Of a stretch of DNA of 64,000 nt, positions 41,476 to 53,451 are shown one piece after another. Origin of the DNA: Eledone cirrhosa (Eukaryota); contig OZ024740.1 in assembly GCA_964016885.1 (NCBI GenBank), positions 159,278,001-159,342,000 of the forward strand. Reading direction: 5' to 3'. The translations under genes and the position numbers were made by a program. Within the stretch, counting starts at the first letter, position 1, and each line of letters opens with the position of its first letter. The notes beneath the pieces were generated by a model. It saw nothing but the letters and a program-made list of their open reading frames with translations, had not been told where the DNA came from and did not search any database.

Positions 41476-42288
41476 GTTATAAACTCAAACAGTCTTTTAC
41501 AATTAAATAGCTCAAAGAAAGGGATATTTCTGAGCTGTGTAATACAAATGAATATGTGATAGGGATAAACACTAATACAAGTATATAAGTGTTTGTATTG
41601 CAAATGACCAAGTTAGCTAGATTGAAAAATACTAATTAAATTAATACAGTTTGCCTGTCTCGATTTAAAATAATAAATCAATAAAAACAAACCTATATTG
41701 GCAATAGCCGTGATACCCGGACAAATTTAAATTTCAAATCTTAAATTTGTTTCGCAACAATTAAGTGAAAATTCCTATTCCTGTGCTCTTCTGCAGGTAT
41801 CCAGAAATTGGTAAGTTTCACTTCAAAATACTTAGGAAGACTGAGAGAAATGTGTTGTTGAACGCACATGTGACCCAGCGTCTAGCCCGTCCTATACTCG
41901 TGCCGCTAGAAATAGCAGCCGGTTTTATGGGACTAAAAAATTTAGCTCAACACATGGAGGCGAGAATATTATATATAGAGTTATAAACTCAAACAGTCTT
42001 TTTCAATTAAATAGCTCAAAGAAAGGGATATTTCTGAGCCGTGTAATACAAATGAATATATGATAGGGATAAACACTAATACAAGTATATAAGTGTTTGT
42101 ATTTCAAATGACCAAGTTAGCTAGATTGAAAAATATAGGTTTGTTTTTATTGATTTATTATTTTAAATCGAGACAGGCAAACTATTAATTTAATTAGTAT
42201 TTTTCAATCTAGCTAACTTGGTCATTTGCAATACAAACACTTATATACTTGTATTAGTGTTTATCCCTATCATATATTCATTTGTATA
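41476..42288 (-). mobile_element. Two F6-related elements (41476-41700 and fold-back 41978-42288)
   Basis: Direct repeat 41476-41631 / 41978-42134; inverted copy 42134-42287. Confidence 0.7.
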
Positions 42289-42419
42289 TATATATATATA
42301 TATATATAGTAATAATAATAAATTTGAAGACTAAAATCCAAAGAGGGCTCGATAAGGATAAATATAATATTAAGCACCGATTCTTTGCTTAAACTTTAAT
42401 CTGTTATTTTAATAAATAA

Positions 42420-42465
<46 letters not shown>

Positions 42466-42470
<5 letters not shown>

Positions 42471-43202
42471 GGACGTAAAATAAGAAAATTTTAAAAAAAG
42501 ATTTAAAAAATTAACTTACTTACTAAAATTTTCACTCCAGCTAATTAGTTTCTGCAATGGGATAAAGACAGTTACGTAATATAACCGTCGAGAATTCATT
42601 GCGTCATCAGGGAGTCTATTCTCAGCTAAGTCTCCAGGCAATGCGCGGACACTGGGGACTCATATAAAAATAATAATAATTCGGTAGATGGAACAGCTAG
42701 CGGGGACTGGATTCCATGCACTGAAAAGCTCGCTGTCTCTGGTCAAATGGCAGATTCTAAAGAATCAATCACGTGACACTGAGGCTAGTCGGAAGGAGTG
42801 GGATGGTAAGATGACAGAAGCCTACTACCACACCAATGAATTAGTAGTGGTTTTGGCAGGTTTGCTCAACAAATAAATAATTATTATTTTTATATGAGTC
42901 CCCAGTGTCCGCGCATTGCCTTGAGACTTAGCTGAGAATAGACTCCCTGATGACGCAATGAATTCTTGACGGTTATATTACGTAACTGTCTTTATCCCAT
43001 TGCAGGAAATAATTAGTTGGAGTGAAAATTTTAGTAAGTAAGTTAATGTTTTAAATCTTTTTTTAAAATTTTCTTATTTTACGTCCTTCATATTATTGTT
43101 CTGCATCCTCCTGCATTGAACCACCTAGGTACTATGACATAACTTATGTATTTGCTAGCATTAGCGTACATCTGTACGCATATGTTAGTAGACATACTAA
43201 AT

Positions 43203-43203
<1 letters not shown>
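42466..43203. mobile_element. Penelope-like fold-back insertion (family F10): ~215-bp inverted arms each with a hammerhead; spacer resembles a PLE ORF C-terminus
   Basis: Arms 42466-42681 / 42879-43091; the minus-strand spacer reads LTRDSELFSAWNPV. Confidence 0.8.
42942..43023 (+). ncRNA. Type I hammerhead with extended stem II (mirror copy at 42534-42615, -)
   Basis: actcc CTGATGA c gcaatg..gacggtta-tattacg-taactgtc..cattgc ag GAAA taattag TT ggagt; the mirror arm has GAAA CTAATTAG (palindromic). Confidence 0.75.
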
Positions 43204-43242
<39 letters not shown>

Positions 43243-43529
43243 CATACATATACAACTTACATATATATATATATATATCTAGGGAGGGTAACGTGCAGTT
43301 ACTGTAGGCTCACCCAGGTGAGCATTCGATGGTTAGATTCACGTCTGTAACGAGGTGTAAAGCTAAACAGTGTAAATATAATAATAAAAGGACGATTTGC
43401 TAAGTCTTCATTAAGTTTACTAGCAGAAAAAAACGCCCATAGGGCGGTTTTCTGCTAGCATATGTACTGTGCATATTGGTATTATAGGCAAATAAATATA
43501 TGTAAAATTGAAAAGTAAATTGACAATAT

Positions 43530-44210
43530 ATTCTTCTTCGCCTACTTATTTCTGAGAGGGTCATGGGGGCAGAGTCCTACTCAAACACTCCTTCCAGCGA
43601 GTCTGTCAGAAGCAAACATCTCTAACTGATCCAGCTGGATCCCAAAACGTGTTATCCAACTATCTTGCTCAGAGTCTACCTCTGGGTGTCTTGCCGGTTG
43701 GGTTTGCCTGTAAAATGTGTCCAGCGATTCTTTACTGAGATATTCTAACCACATGCTCATAATATCGGAGTTGTGATCTCTCAATTCGGAGAAGTAGCGG
43801 CTCTACCAGGAGTGACTCTCTATTCTCTGTGCTATAAACTTTATCGAGTAACTTTACTCCAAAGACCCTTCAGAGGAATCCCATTTCTGCCATTTTATTT
43901 GCAATTGTATTCTTTTGGTTATTACTGAAGATTCATGATCTTCGGTAAGAGTTGGCAGGGATACCAGGAAGACAGCGAGTTTGGCTTTTACACCTACCCC
44001 CCCCCCCCCCCCCCCTTCATCTGATTGCTGAGTGCTGAGGCTGGCGCATCACTGCATCAGCTTTTGCAATTCTTACACTTAATTCACCCTCCTGCATTCC
44101 ATCATTCATGAACACGGCTCCAAGATACTTGAACTTCTCTAACTGTTTCAGTAGAACTCCATTCACATGTATCTCAATTTGAGGGACTTCTGTCAACCCG
44201 TCTATCACGC
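43530..44210 (-). mobile_element. RTE 3' fragment
   Basis: HVNGVLLKQLEKFKYLGAVFMNDG..RIAKADAVMRQ. Confidence 0.85.
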
Positions 44211-44311
44211 AATGTGTATGTGTGTTTGTGTGAATGTATGTGTGTAAAAGGAAAGAAAGGGATACACATATATATGTCTCTAACTTAAAAACAGTGACAC
44301 ACACACAGACA

Positions 44312-44390
<79 letters not shown>

Positions 44391-44454
44391 CTCTAATTTA
44401 AGAACACCGACAAACTCGCGCACGCACATATACACACTGTCCTATTACCACTCA

Positions 44455-45300
44455 AGAGCTTTGGCTCGGGAAAACATCCCCTCAATTTTGGAACCGTCTG
44501 CGTTGTCCAGAATTGATGGGAAAAGACTTGACGGTCTTACTCTGTCTTCCTAGTCAAGAGGCAAGTGCCTTACCTGGGACGTCACAGTTAGTGACTCTTT
44601 CGCTTCTTCCCACATCCTGGATGCAGCGGTAAGGGCGAGTGCTATAGAACGAAATACAATCCTAAAATACCGTGTTCTGTCAGCTAACTACATTATCCAG
44701 CCTGTGGCGTTCGAGACGTTTGAGGGAGTCGGGCTACTGACAGCGAGGTTCTTATATTCACTGGCGGCTCGCCAAACAGAGGTAACTGGTGATGCTCGTG
44801 AGGGCACTTGGTTGTTCCAGCACCTCAGCGTCGTCATTGCCCTAGGTAACGCTTCGAGTGTGCTGGCTTGCATCAAAAATTATTAGAGAGGTTTCCCAGC
44901 GCTCCCCGCTTTATTGCTATCTTTTGCTCTGGTAGCGTCTCGTTTCTCACTCTTTCGCCTGCATATTGTTCTATAGGATCTAAGATGTGGGTATTACGTG
45001 CTTGTGTATTTTTCTCCTTTTTTTCCTTTCCCTTTCCTTTGTATATATTATATTTGTTAGTGTTTTCGTTCTGTAATCATTACATTAAATTTTTATACAA
45101 ATGGGTTTTTAAAAAAAAAAGAGTTAAACTGTGTTGTTAATAAATAAATAAAACGTTGTACTTTTACCCTCCCATTTCCTATTCACCGAACGCTATCATG
45201 ACTGTATGACTGTATGTGTGTGTTTGTGTAAATGTATATGTGTGAATGTGTGTTTGTGTGAATGTATTATGTGTTTGTGTGAAAGTATGTGTATTTGTGT
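44455..45300 (+). mobile_element. CRE-like (RLE-type) non-LTR retrotransposon 3' end; partial deleted duplicate at 45305-45780
   Basis: RIDGKRLDGLTL..GKCLTWDVTVSDS..KY..QPVAFETFEGVG..LFQHLSVVIALGNASSVL, a restriction-like endonuclease C-terminus. Confidence 0.82.
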
Positions 45301-46393
45301 GAATGGGACATCACAGTTAGTGACTCTTTTGATTCTTCCCACATCCTGGATGCAGTGGTAAGGGTGAAAGCTACAGAATCCGCAGCTGAACGGAACAAAA
45401 TCCTAAAATACCGTGTTCTGTTAGCTACCTACATTATTCAGCCTATGTGGTCTTAGATGTGTGCATTACGTGCTTGTGTATTTTTTCTCTTTCTTTATTT
45501 TTCGATTTCCTTTCCTTTGAAATATTATATTTGTTTGTGTTTTCGTTGTGTAAGCATTATATAAAATTTTTATACAAATGAGTTTAAAAAAATAAAGTTA
45601 AACTGTGTTGTTAATAAATAAATAAAACGTTATACTTGTTTTACCCTCCCATTTCCAATTCACTGAATGTTGCTATCATGACTGTATGTGTGTGCTTGTG
45701 TAAATGTATGTGTGAATGTGTGTTTGTGTAAATGTATATGTGTGAAAGTATGTGTATTTATCTGAATGTATGTACGTGAGCGTGTATTTTTATAAGTTTG
45801 TGTTTGCGCGATTATAGTTATATATCCATAATAGTTATATATTCATTCATATAGATGTATGTATGTGTACAATCATACTCGTCAGCGTGTAGAAAATCAT
45901 AATCATTCTATCTCTCTCTATCTCTATCATCACAAACTCTCTCTTTCTATATATATTGTAGGTGATGTGGTGGTGGGGGTGGTGACGATATACCGGAAGT
46001 GTAGAAATTGGAAACTTTGAAAAAAAGACAATTTTAAATTATTTATATTTGTGAAATTCAGTTACGAAATTTACTACATAAATTATGTAATATTCATTCA
46101 TTATTTATTTAAAGTAATCCGACTTATTTTACTAACAGGATTAAAAGAAATAAACCGTACGCAGTCCCACACTCCTTACTTTATTATAGTTTAGATTGAT
46201 TGGTAACGCGCGTTTCGCTTGTAATGTCAGCATTCTGTCATTACCACAACAAAGGTCCAACGAGCTTTTGATTCCAGAGTCGGGCCACATCGATACAGAT
46301 TGGACCTTGAGCTGATCAATAGCTAAACGCACGTCCCCAATCAATAAACGTAATGAAGACATAGCAAATAAATCGTCCGTTTATTATATATAT

Positions 46394-47900
46394 ACTAGCT
46401 GGCTCGAAAGGCTGGCGCCCGGCTACGTATACCGGCATTTTATCTTTTCAGGATTCCCCCTCCACTCCAGTGCAAAGATACCGCACACCCTCTCGAGTCA
46501 GCGAGGGTGGGGTGGGGGTGGAGGGTTAACGTGCTCTGATGTTGGATTTGAATAGTTTTTAGGATTCCCCAGTTCAGCAGCCACTACGTTAAAGAAAATT
46601 GATAGTTACAACAATAAAGGCTGAACAAAGAACACATTTTTTAACAAACTTTACAATAATTTGTACAACCATAATGGGAATTCCAAGTAACAGAAAATAC
46701 ATAAATTACATTGTTAGAGCCTCAGAGTATACAATATTCTTTGTTTGGTCCTCGGGAGCAAAGATGAAGAGATTGTTTGGCGAGCTCACCCTAGAGCATC
46801 CTACATACAATTGACCATGTGAGAGAAACATGGTTTTCACAGATGAAGGCCAGCCACTTTTAGGGTTTGACCCTGAGCTTTGTTGATGGTAATCGTGAAG
46901 CTTAGTCTATTTGTTGCTCTAGTAACATTTTTTCTTCTGGAAAATCTGATCTTGCGGTCAGGCTGGGACTTTTGGGGTGGCATATCAACAGTAACAATGA
47001 CGATAAGCCGTCTGTGCTTTCGTGAAATAAATACGTTTGTTTATATTTTGTTTTTCTGTATGCAAAAATATCTGTACACGAATATATAATGATATATATA
47101 TATATATATATTAAAATAACAGATTAAAGTTTAAGCAAAGAATCGCTGTTTTTACCCTTAACAGGATCTTCTGAAACTAAAAAATTCAATCTGTGAACGC
47201 AGAAGTAAATATTTCGAAAAACGTGGCAACCGAGGGAAAACAGGAAGATGATACTTTAGTTCGTGAAGACGTTACCTGGCAATGAATGGAAAAAAGCGAA
47301 GATAATACGTCAGCAATGAGAACGATATTGGCTCTAGGGTTCTAATATATTTGATATATATTTATCTTTATCAAGCCCTCTTTGGATTTTAGTCTTCACA
47401 TTTATTATTATTACTAATTATATATATATATATATATATAATTAATTATTGAGAGGGCGTGCGGTATCTTTGCACTGAATTAATTAAAAATTGGTTAGGA
47501 GCGGAGTCAATGCAGATAGGCAGCCAGAAAGATAGATATTATAAGCGTACGACGTTATAGCTATGTATCTAATGCAGACAGCCAGACACACAGAGACATA
47601 TTATAAGGGCGCGACGTTATAGCTATGTATCTATTTAAAAAGACAGACTATGAATGAGAGGAATGTCGTATAACTGGAAGTGTAGACATTTAAAAATTTT
47701 AAAGTAGTGAATATTTAAATAAACGATAAAATATCTCGACTTGTTTTAACGAAATTTAGAAGACAAAAATACGCTCACTTTCTTACTTGGAAAAAAGTTA
47801 CATCTATGGTGCAAATTTGGTGTTGTTTGGTCCAGCCGTTTAGCGAAAAAGTACGTTGAGTGCTTGAATTGAATTGCATCAATATTTACCCTAATAATAT
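46394..47900 (+). mobile_element. Possible non-autonomous Helitron/Helentron-like (DINE/HINE-type) remnant with nested repeats
   Basis: Start ACTAGCTGG..CCCGGC; 3' GCAAATTTGGT..GGTCCAGCCGTTT; ~30-bp inverted repeat 46468-46494 / 47451-47477; two ~62-bp tandem units at 47510-47632. Confidence 0.35.
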
Positions 47901-47991
47901 ATATATATGGCGTCGTACCTATATTTATACACACACACACATATGTATATATATACATATACCTGTATATGTATGTATATATGTATATATG

Positions 47992-48022
<31 letters not shown>

Positions 48023-48026
48023 ATAT

Positions 48027-48156
48027 AGGAACCAGTAAGACCCCGACAGCTGAGCTCAAGCCGTTTCGACGGGTTCCTATTACCCACTCTACTACCTCAA
48101 GTATTGAGTACTTTCGTGCGTTATGGTCCACCTGGTTCCTTACCACATTTCCTTCG

Positions 48157-48158
<2 letters not shown>
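48027..48158 (+). mobile_element. Family F5 element with most of the right arm deleted
   Basis: Short arm joined directly to the tail. Confidence 0.75.
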
Positions 48159-48201
<43 letters not shown>

Positions 48202-48364
48202 TTCTTATTCATTTATTTATTTATTCTTATTACTTCATGTATATGTATGGGTATGTATTTTGACCATGTCGGTTGATACATATACGCTTATGTGACAGCT
48301 TATGTCTACGTACTTTTTAAGTATATGCGCGTGGTTGAGTGTGTGTATGTTTATTTATTTATTT

Positions 48365-48401
<37 letters not shown>

Positions 48402-48495
48402 CTTTTCTTCTTCGCCCGTTGTTTCCTCAGCCTCACTTTCATATTTTATATACTTTGTTTTCAAATCCACATTTTAATAAAAACACCATGTTTTA

Positions 48496-48553
48496 TTCAT
48501 TCTGACGACTGAAAGCAGATATATCTGCTTTCAAGAAACCACGGGTAAATGAA
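48496..48553 (+). ncRNA. Type I hammerhead ribozyme (family F3, second copy)
   Basis: ttcatt CTGACGA c tgaaagcagat-at-atctgctttca a GAAA ccacggg TA aatgaa. Confidence 0.8.
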
Positions 48554-48627
48554 ATAATTATCTAATAAACTCTGTAACCTACATAGAGCACTCTTTTTTC
48601 TTGTACCTTTCCGACGGAATTATTTCA

Positions 48628-48707
<80 letters not shown>

Positions 48708-48939
48708 CGCACATATACATGTAGAGCATCTTACAATCTTACACAAAAATGTAGAAGCACCAACTGGTAGATCCCGGTGAGATAAAATTTTTGTTAAGCA
48801 ACCTAAAGGTAGAGGGCTCAACAATTTCCCTAACTGCAGTTTCAAGAGCAAAGAATAGTTCTGACCATCTCAATAGATTATGACAGTCAATTCTGCCAGC
48901 GGACTCAGTCACCAGAGTGGGTTCTATTATTATTATAAG

Positions 48940-49128
48940 GCCGGTGGATTGGCAGTATCGGTAGAGAATCTGACGCCATGCTTTTCAGCAAAGAGTTACG
49001 GTCCGTTATGGTCTGAATTCAAATTCCGCCGAGGTTAACTCTGTCTCTCATCCTTACGGGTGGATAAAATAAAGCACCAGTAATACACTTGGATAATGTT
49101 GGCCTTGTGCCAAAAGTAGAAACAATTA
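48940..49128 (+). mobile_element. SINE family A
   Basis: Match to the family; TSD TTATTATTATAAG. Confidence 0.87.
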
Positions 49129-49512
49129 TTATTATAAGAAAATAATATATTAACCTATTGTTGAACAGCATATGTCCTCATTGAACGAGTATTGTGTCCA
49201 ATACTGCACCCATGCGGAGATCGACCAACGGAGTAAATATTAATTAATCAGGGAGACAGTGACGAGTCAAAAATTGCCACTAGAAATAGCAGCCAGAATA
49301 AACCGTCTATCAACTTATGGAGTAGCAAATATATCGTACAGAATAGAAAAAAATAGCTGCAATGATCTGTTTAAGATGCATGACATGCATAAGTTTTTGG
49401 CGTCGTACCTATATTTATACACACACACACATATGTATATATATACATATACCTGTATATGTATGTATATATGTATATATGTATATATATATATATATTT
49501 CCTCGTCAGTTG

Positions 49513-49554
<42 letters not shown>

Positions 49555-49669
49555 CAACTGACGAGGACCCCCCCCCCCGTTCTTGCTTTCTTCTTACATT
49601 TTTAAGCCTAACTTACTAGCAACTACACAGCCACCATATTCTCCATATATTATATTTGTACATATATAT

Positions 49670-49736
<67 letters not shown>

Positions 49737-50275
49737 TACAATCCTTCTCCACTTCCTTTTCCTCCATCTTTAGTTGTTTTGACATTTCTGACATATTTTT
49801 ATATTGTTATACCCCCCCCCCTTCTTTCTCTCTCCCTCTCTCTGTCTCTCTTGTTTTACTATTCACCACACTCTTGATCTATGATGACACACGTTATTCT
49901 CTAACGCCTACTCGTCCATACCACATACATGGGGTAAATAAATCAGCTAGAAATAGCAGCCGAATGAATTCATAAAAATCTTATAGTATAGGACAAAATA
50001 CTTTCCTGTAATATGTTCCGTCTCTCTGCGTTCTGAGTTGAAATCCTTTCAATATTACCTAGCTTATTATCCTTTCAATGTCATGTAGCAGTGAAGGGTG
50101 GTCGTTTAGTAGAATTGTTAGACGAATTGCCTTGCAGCAATTGTTCCTCCTCTGTACCTTCTCAGTTTAGATTGCATCAGACCTCCCAACCTCTAAAAAC
50201 CCAAACGGGGACTACTATGAAAAATATTTCCCCAAAACAGGGAGAAATGAGGTAAAATGCTGAGATTTTACATAA

Positions 50276-50460
50276 TTGTTTCTACTATTGGCACAAGGCC
50301 AGCAATTACCCAATGCATTACTGGTACTTTATTTTATCGACCCCGTAAGGATGAAAGGCAAAGTTAACCTCGGCGGGATTTGAACTCAGATCATAAAGGG
50401 ACGTAACTCTATGCTGCAAAGCATCGTGTCCGACTCTCTACCGATACTGCCAATCCACCG
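50276..50460 (-). mobile_element. SINE family A
   Basis: Match to the family; TSD ATTTTACATAAT. Confidence 0.88.
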
Positions 50461-51499
50461 AATTTTACATAATGAAAGCTATACACATTTTCACAAGAGA
50501 AGTCATGTCTCACCTACCCCAAAGTGGGTGGGAGATCTCGGACGGGGAGAGTTGACACGTCTGTTTCATTGTCGACTACTAGGGTGGTAGACATTATCTG
50601 TCGCCCAGTTTAACACTACCATCTTCTATTTATATGCCTTTATGGGAGCCCACACTACTGCAAGCATTTGAGGATAACGTCTTTCCGTCCTTCCTACTTT
50701 ACTTCCGTGCACGTGTGTCTGAGATCGGGAAAATATTCTCTCTCTCATTCCTTTTTTCTCTTCCTATCTCCCACGCCAAAACATTCTCATACACACGTAG
50801 ATGTGATCAAGCAAACAGCTAGAAATAGCAGCTTAATTTCTCATGAAGTACACATGTATAATGTAGTTCTGAACAGCAAATAAAAAGCAAAAAAATATAG
50901 TGAGGTCAATACTAGAACGATTTGGGCGTGTTTAGACTGTTTCAGGATCGTATTAACATCAGACACACACACAGAATCTCTCATTGGTACATACACACAC
51001 ATACACAGAGTCTCTCATTGAAATATAAATACACACACACATCGTTTCTCGTAAACAACAAACACATTGAATCTCTCATTAACACATGACACACAAACTG
51101 AGTCTTTCATTAACATACACAAATCCCACACACTCACACACACTGAGTCTCTCATTTATACGCACATACACACTGATTATATCATTAATACACACGCACA
51201 CACATAAAAACACACACACAGAGTATCTAATTGATACACAAGATACGCACATACAACTCACTAAGTTCCTCATTAATTTGTCCTTTGGACCGCCGTTGAC
51301 AAGTTCCAATTGTTTGACCAACAGAACAACCAGCACATGTAATTAGCGAGCATATAGCTGACTATTTCACATACACGTATATACATAACATAACCCTCAG
51401 GGAGATTCAGCATGACACAATACATAACATGGCTAGTCGTCAGAATTGCAGGAATATCTTACTTTTGCTAGCTGAGTTGATAGGAGTAACATGAAATAA

Positions 51500-51912
51500 T
51501 GGTTTCTAATTTAGGCACAAGGCCAGCAACTTGAAGGGAAGAGGAAAGTCAATTAATTCGACCCCAGTGCGTAACTAGTACTTTATTCTATCGACTCTGT
51601 AAGGATGAAAGGCAAAGCTAATCTAGGCAGCATTTGAACTCAGAACGTAAATGGTCGTTACTCTATTCCGCAAAGCATGGTGTCCGACGCTCTACCGATA
51701 CTGCCAATCCACCACCTTCAGCAAGGTGAAATAATTGTTTCTACTATTGGCACAAGGCCAGCAATTATCACAGTGCATTACTGGTACTTTATTTTATCGA
51801 CCCTGTAAGGATGAAAGGCAAAGTTAACCTCGGCGGAATTTGAACTCCGAATGACAGGGGCCGTAACTCTATGCGTCAAAGCATAGCGTCCGACCCTCTA
51901 CCGATACTGCCA
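51500..51912 (-). mobile_element. Two adjacent family A SINEs (51500-51716, 51735-51912)
   Basis: Both match the family; CAAGGTGAAATAAT flanks the second. Confidence 0.85.
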
Positions 51913-52271
51913 AGGTGAAATAATGTGCACGTCGTCAAGAATGAAATGCATGACTTTAGGATCGTTTGTTGAACACACTAATCACTATGCTACGCACATT
52001 CCCTAACACACAAACATACAACAAATCTATTATCGCAGCTACTAATAAGGGAACTGTTATATGATCGCCTGTCCTTATAGAAATAGCAGTTAAATTTCCC
52101 TTACAACAACACAATACTATCTTAAAGTAGGACATATTGGACAATGTAATCTGGCGTAGACTAATCCTAAAATATAAACAAGATGGTATACTACACTCCA
52201 CCACTCTACTATATACTACAGTCTACCACTCTATGCTACACTACGGTACACCACTATTTTACATTATACTA

Positions 52272-52340
52272 CAAAAATGTATACACACTTCAACAGCATT
52301 CTGATAAAAGTGTGTATACATTTTTTGGAGACACCCTGTA
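52272..52340. mobile_element. Tc1/mariner-type MITE remnant
   Basis: Inverted AAAAATGTATACACACTT / AAGTGTGTATACATTTTT ending ..CACCCTG-TA. Confidence 0.5.
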
Positions 52341-52342
52341 TA

Positions 52343-52945
52343 TTGATTTCTAATTTTGGCGGCACAAGGCCAGCTTATCTTGGAGAAGTGCAAAGTTGAG
52401 TAAATCAATCCCCATTACTTGACTAGTAATTTATTTTATCGACTTTGGAAGGATTAAAGCCAAAGTTCACCAATGTAAAGAATCAGAAGAAATAGTGCAG
52501 TGACATTTTATCCGATGCTCTACCAATTCTAACAAATATTGATTTCTAATTTAGGTAGAATGTCAGCAAATTTGGGTGGGCAAAGTTAATTAAATTGACC
52601 CAATACTTGACTGGGTCTTTATTTATTGATCCCGGACGGACGAAAGGCAAAGTTGACCTTGGTGGAATTTGAAATCAGAATGTAAAGAGCCAGAAGAAAT
52701 ACCGCAATGGCATTTTATTGACGCTCTACCAATTTTTACAACCATATTACAATTTCTATTAAACAATTTTATTTATTTCCGCCCATAAATTACAACAAAT
52801 TATTATGATCTATCGTTAAATTAGACAACGAATGGGCAGAGTCGTTAGACCGTTGTGTTATTCATTCCGTTTCTCTGCTCTCTCGAGTTCAAATCCCACC
52901 AAGTCAACTTTGCCTTTCATACTTTTGAGTTCGATAAAAAAAGGT
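52343..52945. mobile_element. Cluster of three older family-A-related SINEs
   Basis: Diverged matches at 52343-52530 (-), 52540-52735 (-) and 52830-52945 (+). Confidence 0.7.
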
Positions 52946-53326
52946 AGCAGACCAGTTCTGGATCCTTTTTTTCTTCTCTATATCTCTTTCTAAATTCCTC
53001 TCGGCTGTGTTCAGAGTTTGAGAGGGGATATGCTCCGCCAGGTTCAAATTGCGCAAGATACGTTGTATGTTACTACGCCACCCTTACGACTCCATGAGGA
53101 ATTACGACTCAATCAAATTAGGTACATCTTATTATGAAGTAACGAAAACAAATCTCTAACTACCGGGGAGTGGAGTATTTGTCGGTTATTTCACAGCAGA
53201 TAAATACTTTGGGTAAACATTATGTCGTTTATCCAAAGAAATAATTAAAATTGAAAAATATGTTGGTGACGTTTGGAATACTTTTGAAATAGATCTGCTC
53301 TGATGAGAGAGAAAGAGAGGGAGAAA

Positions 53327-53375
<49 letters not shown>

Positions 53376-53377
53376 GG

Positions 53378-53451
<74 letters not shown>

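Noticed and set aside
41797-41810. 14-nt micro-exon candidate (CTGCAG|GTATCCAGAAATTG|GTAAGT)
   Set aside because: Splice signals are good, but it is too short to assign without RNA-seq.
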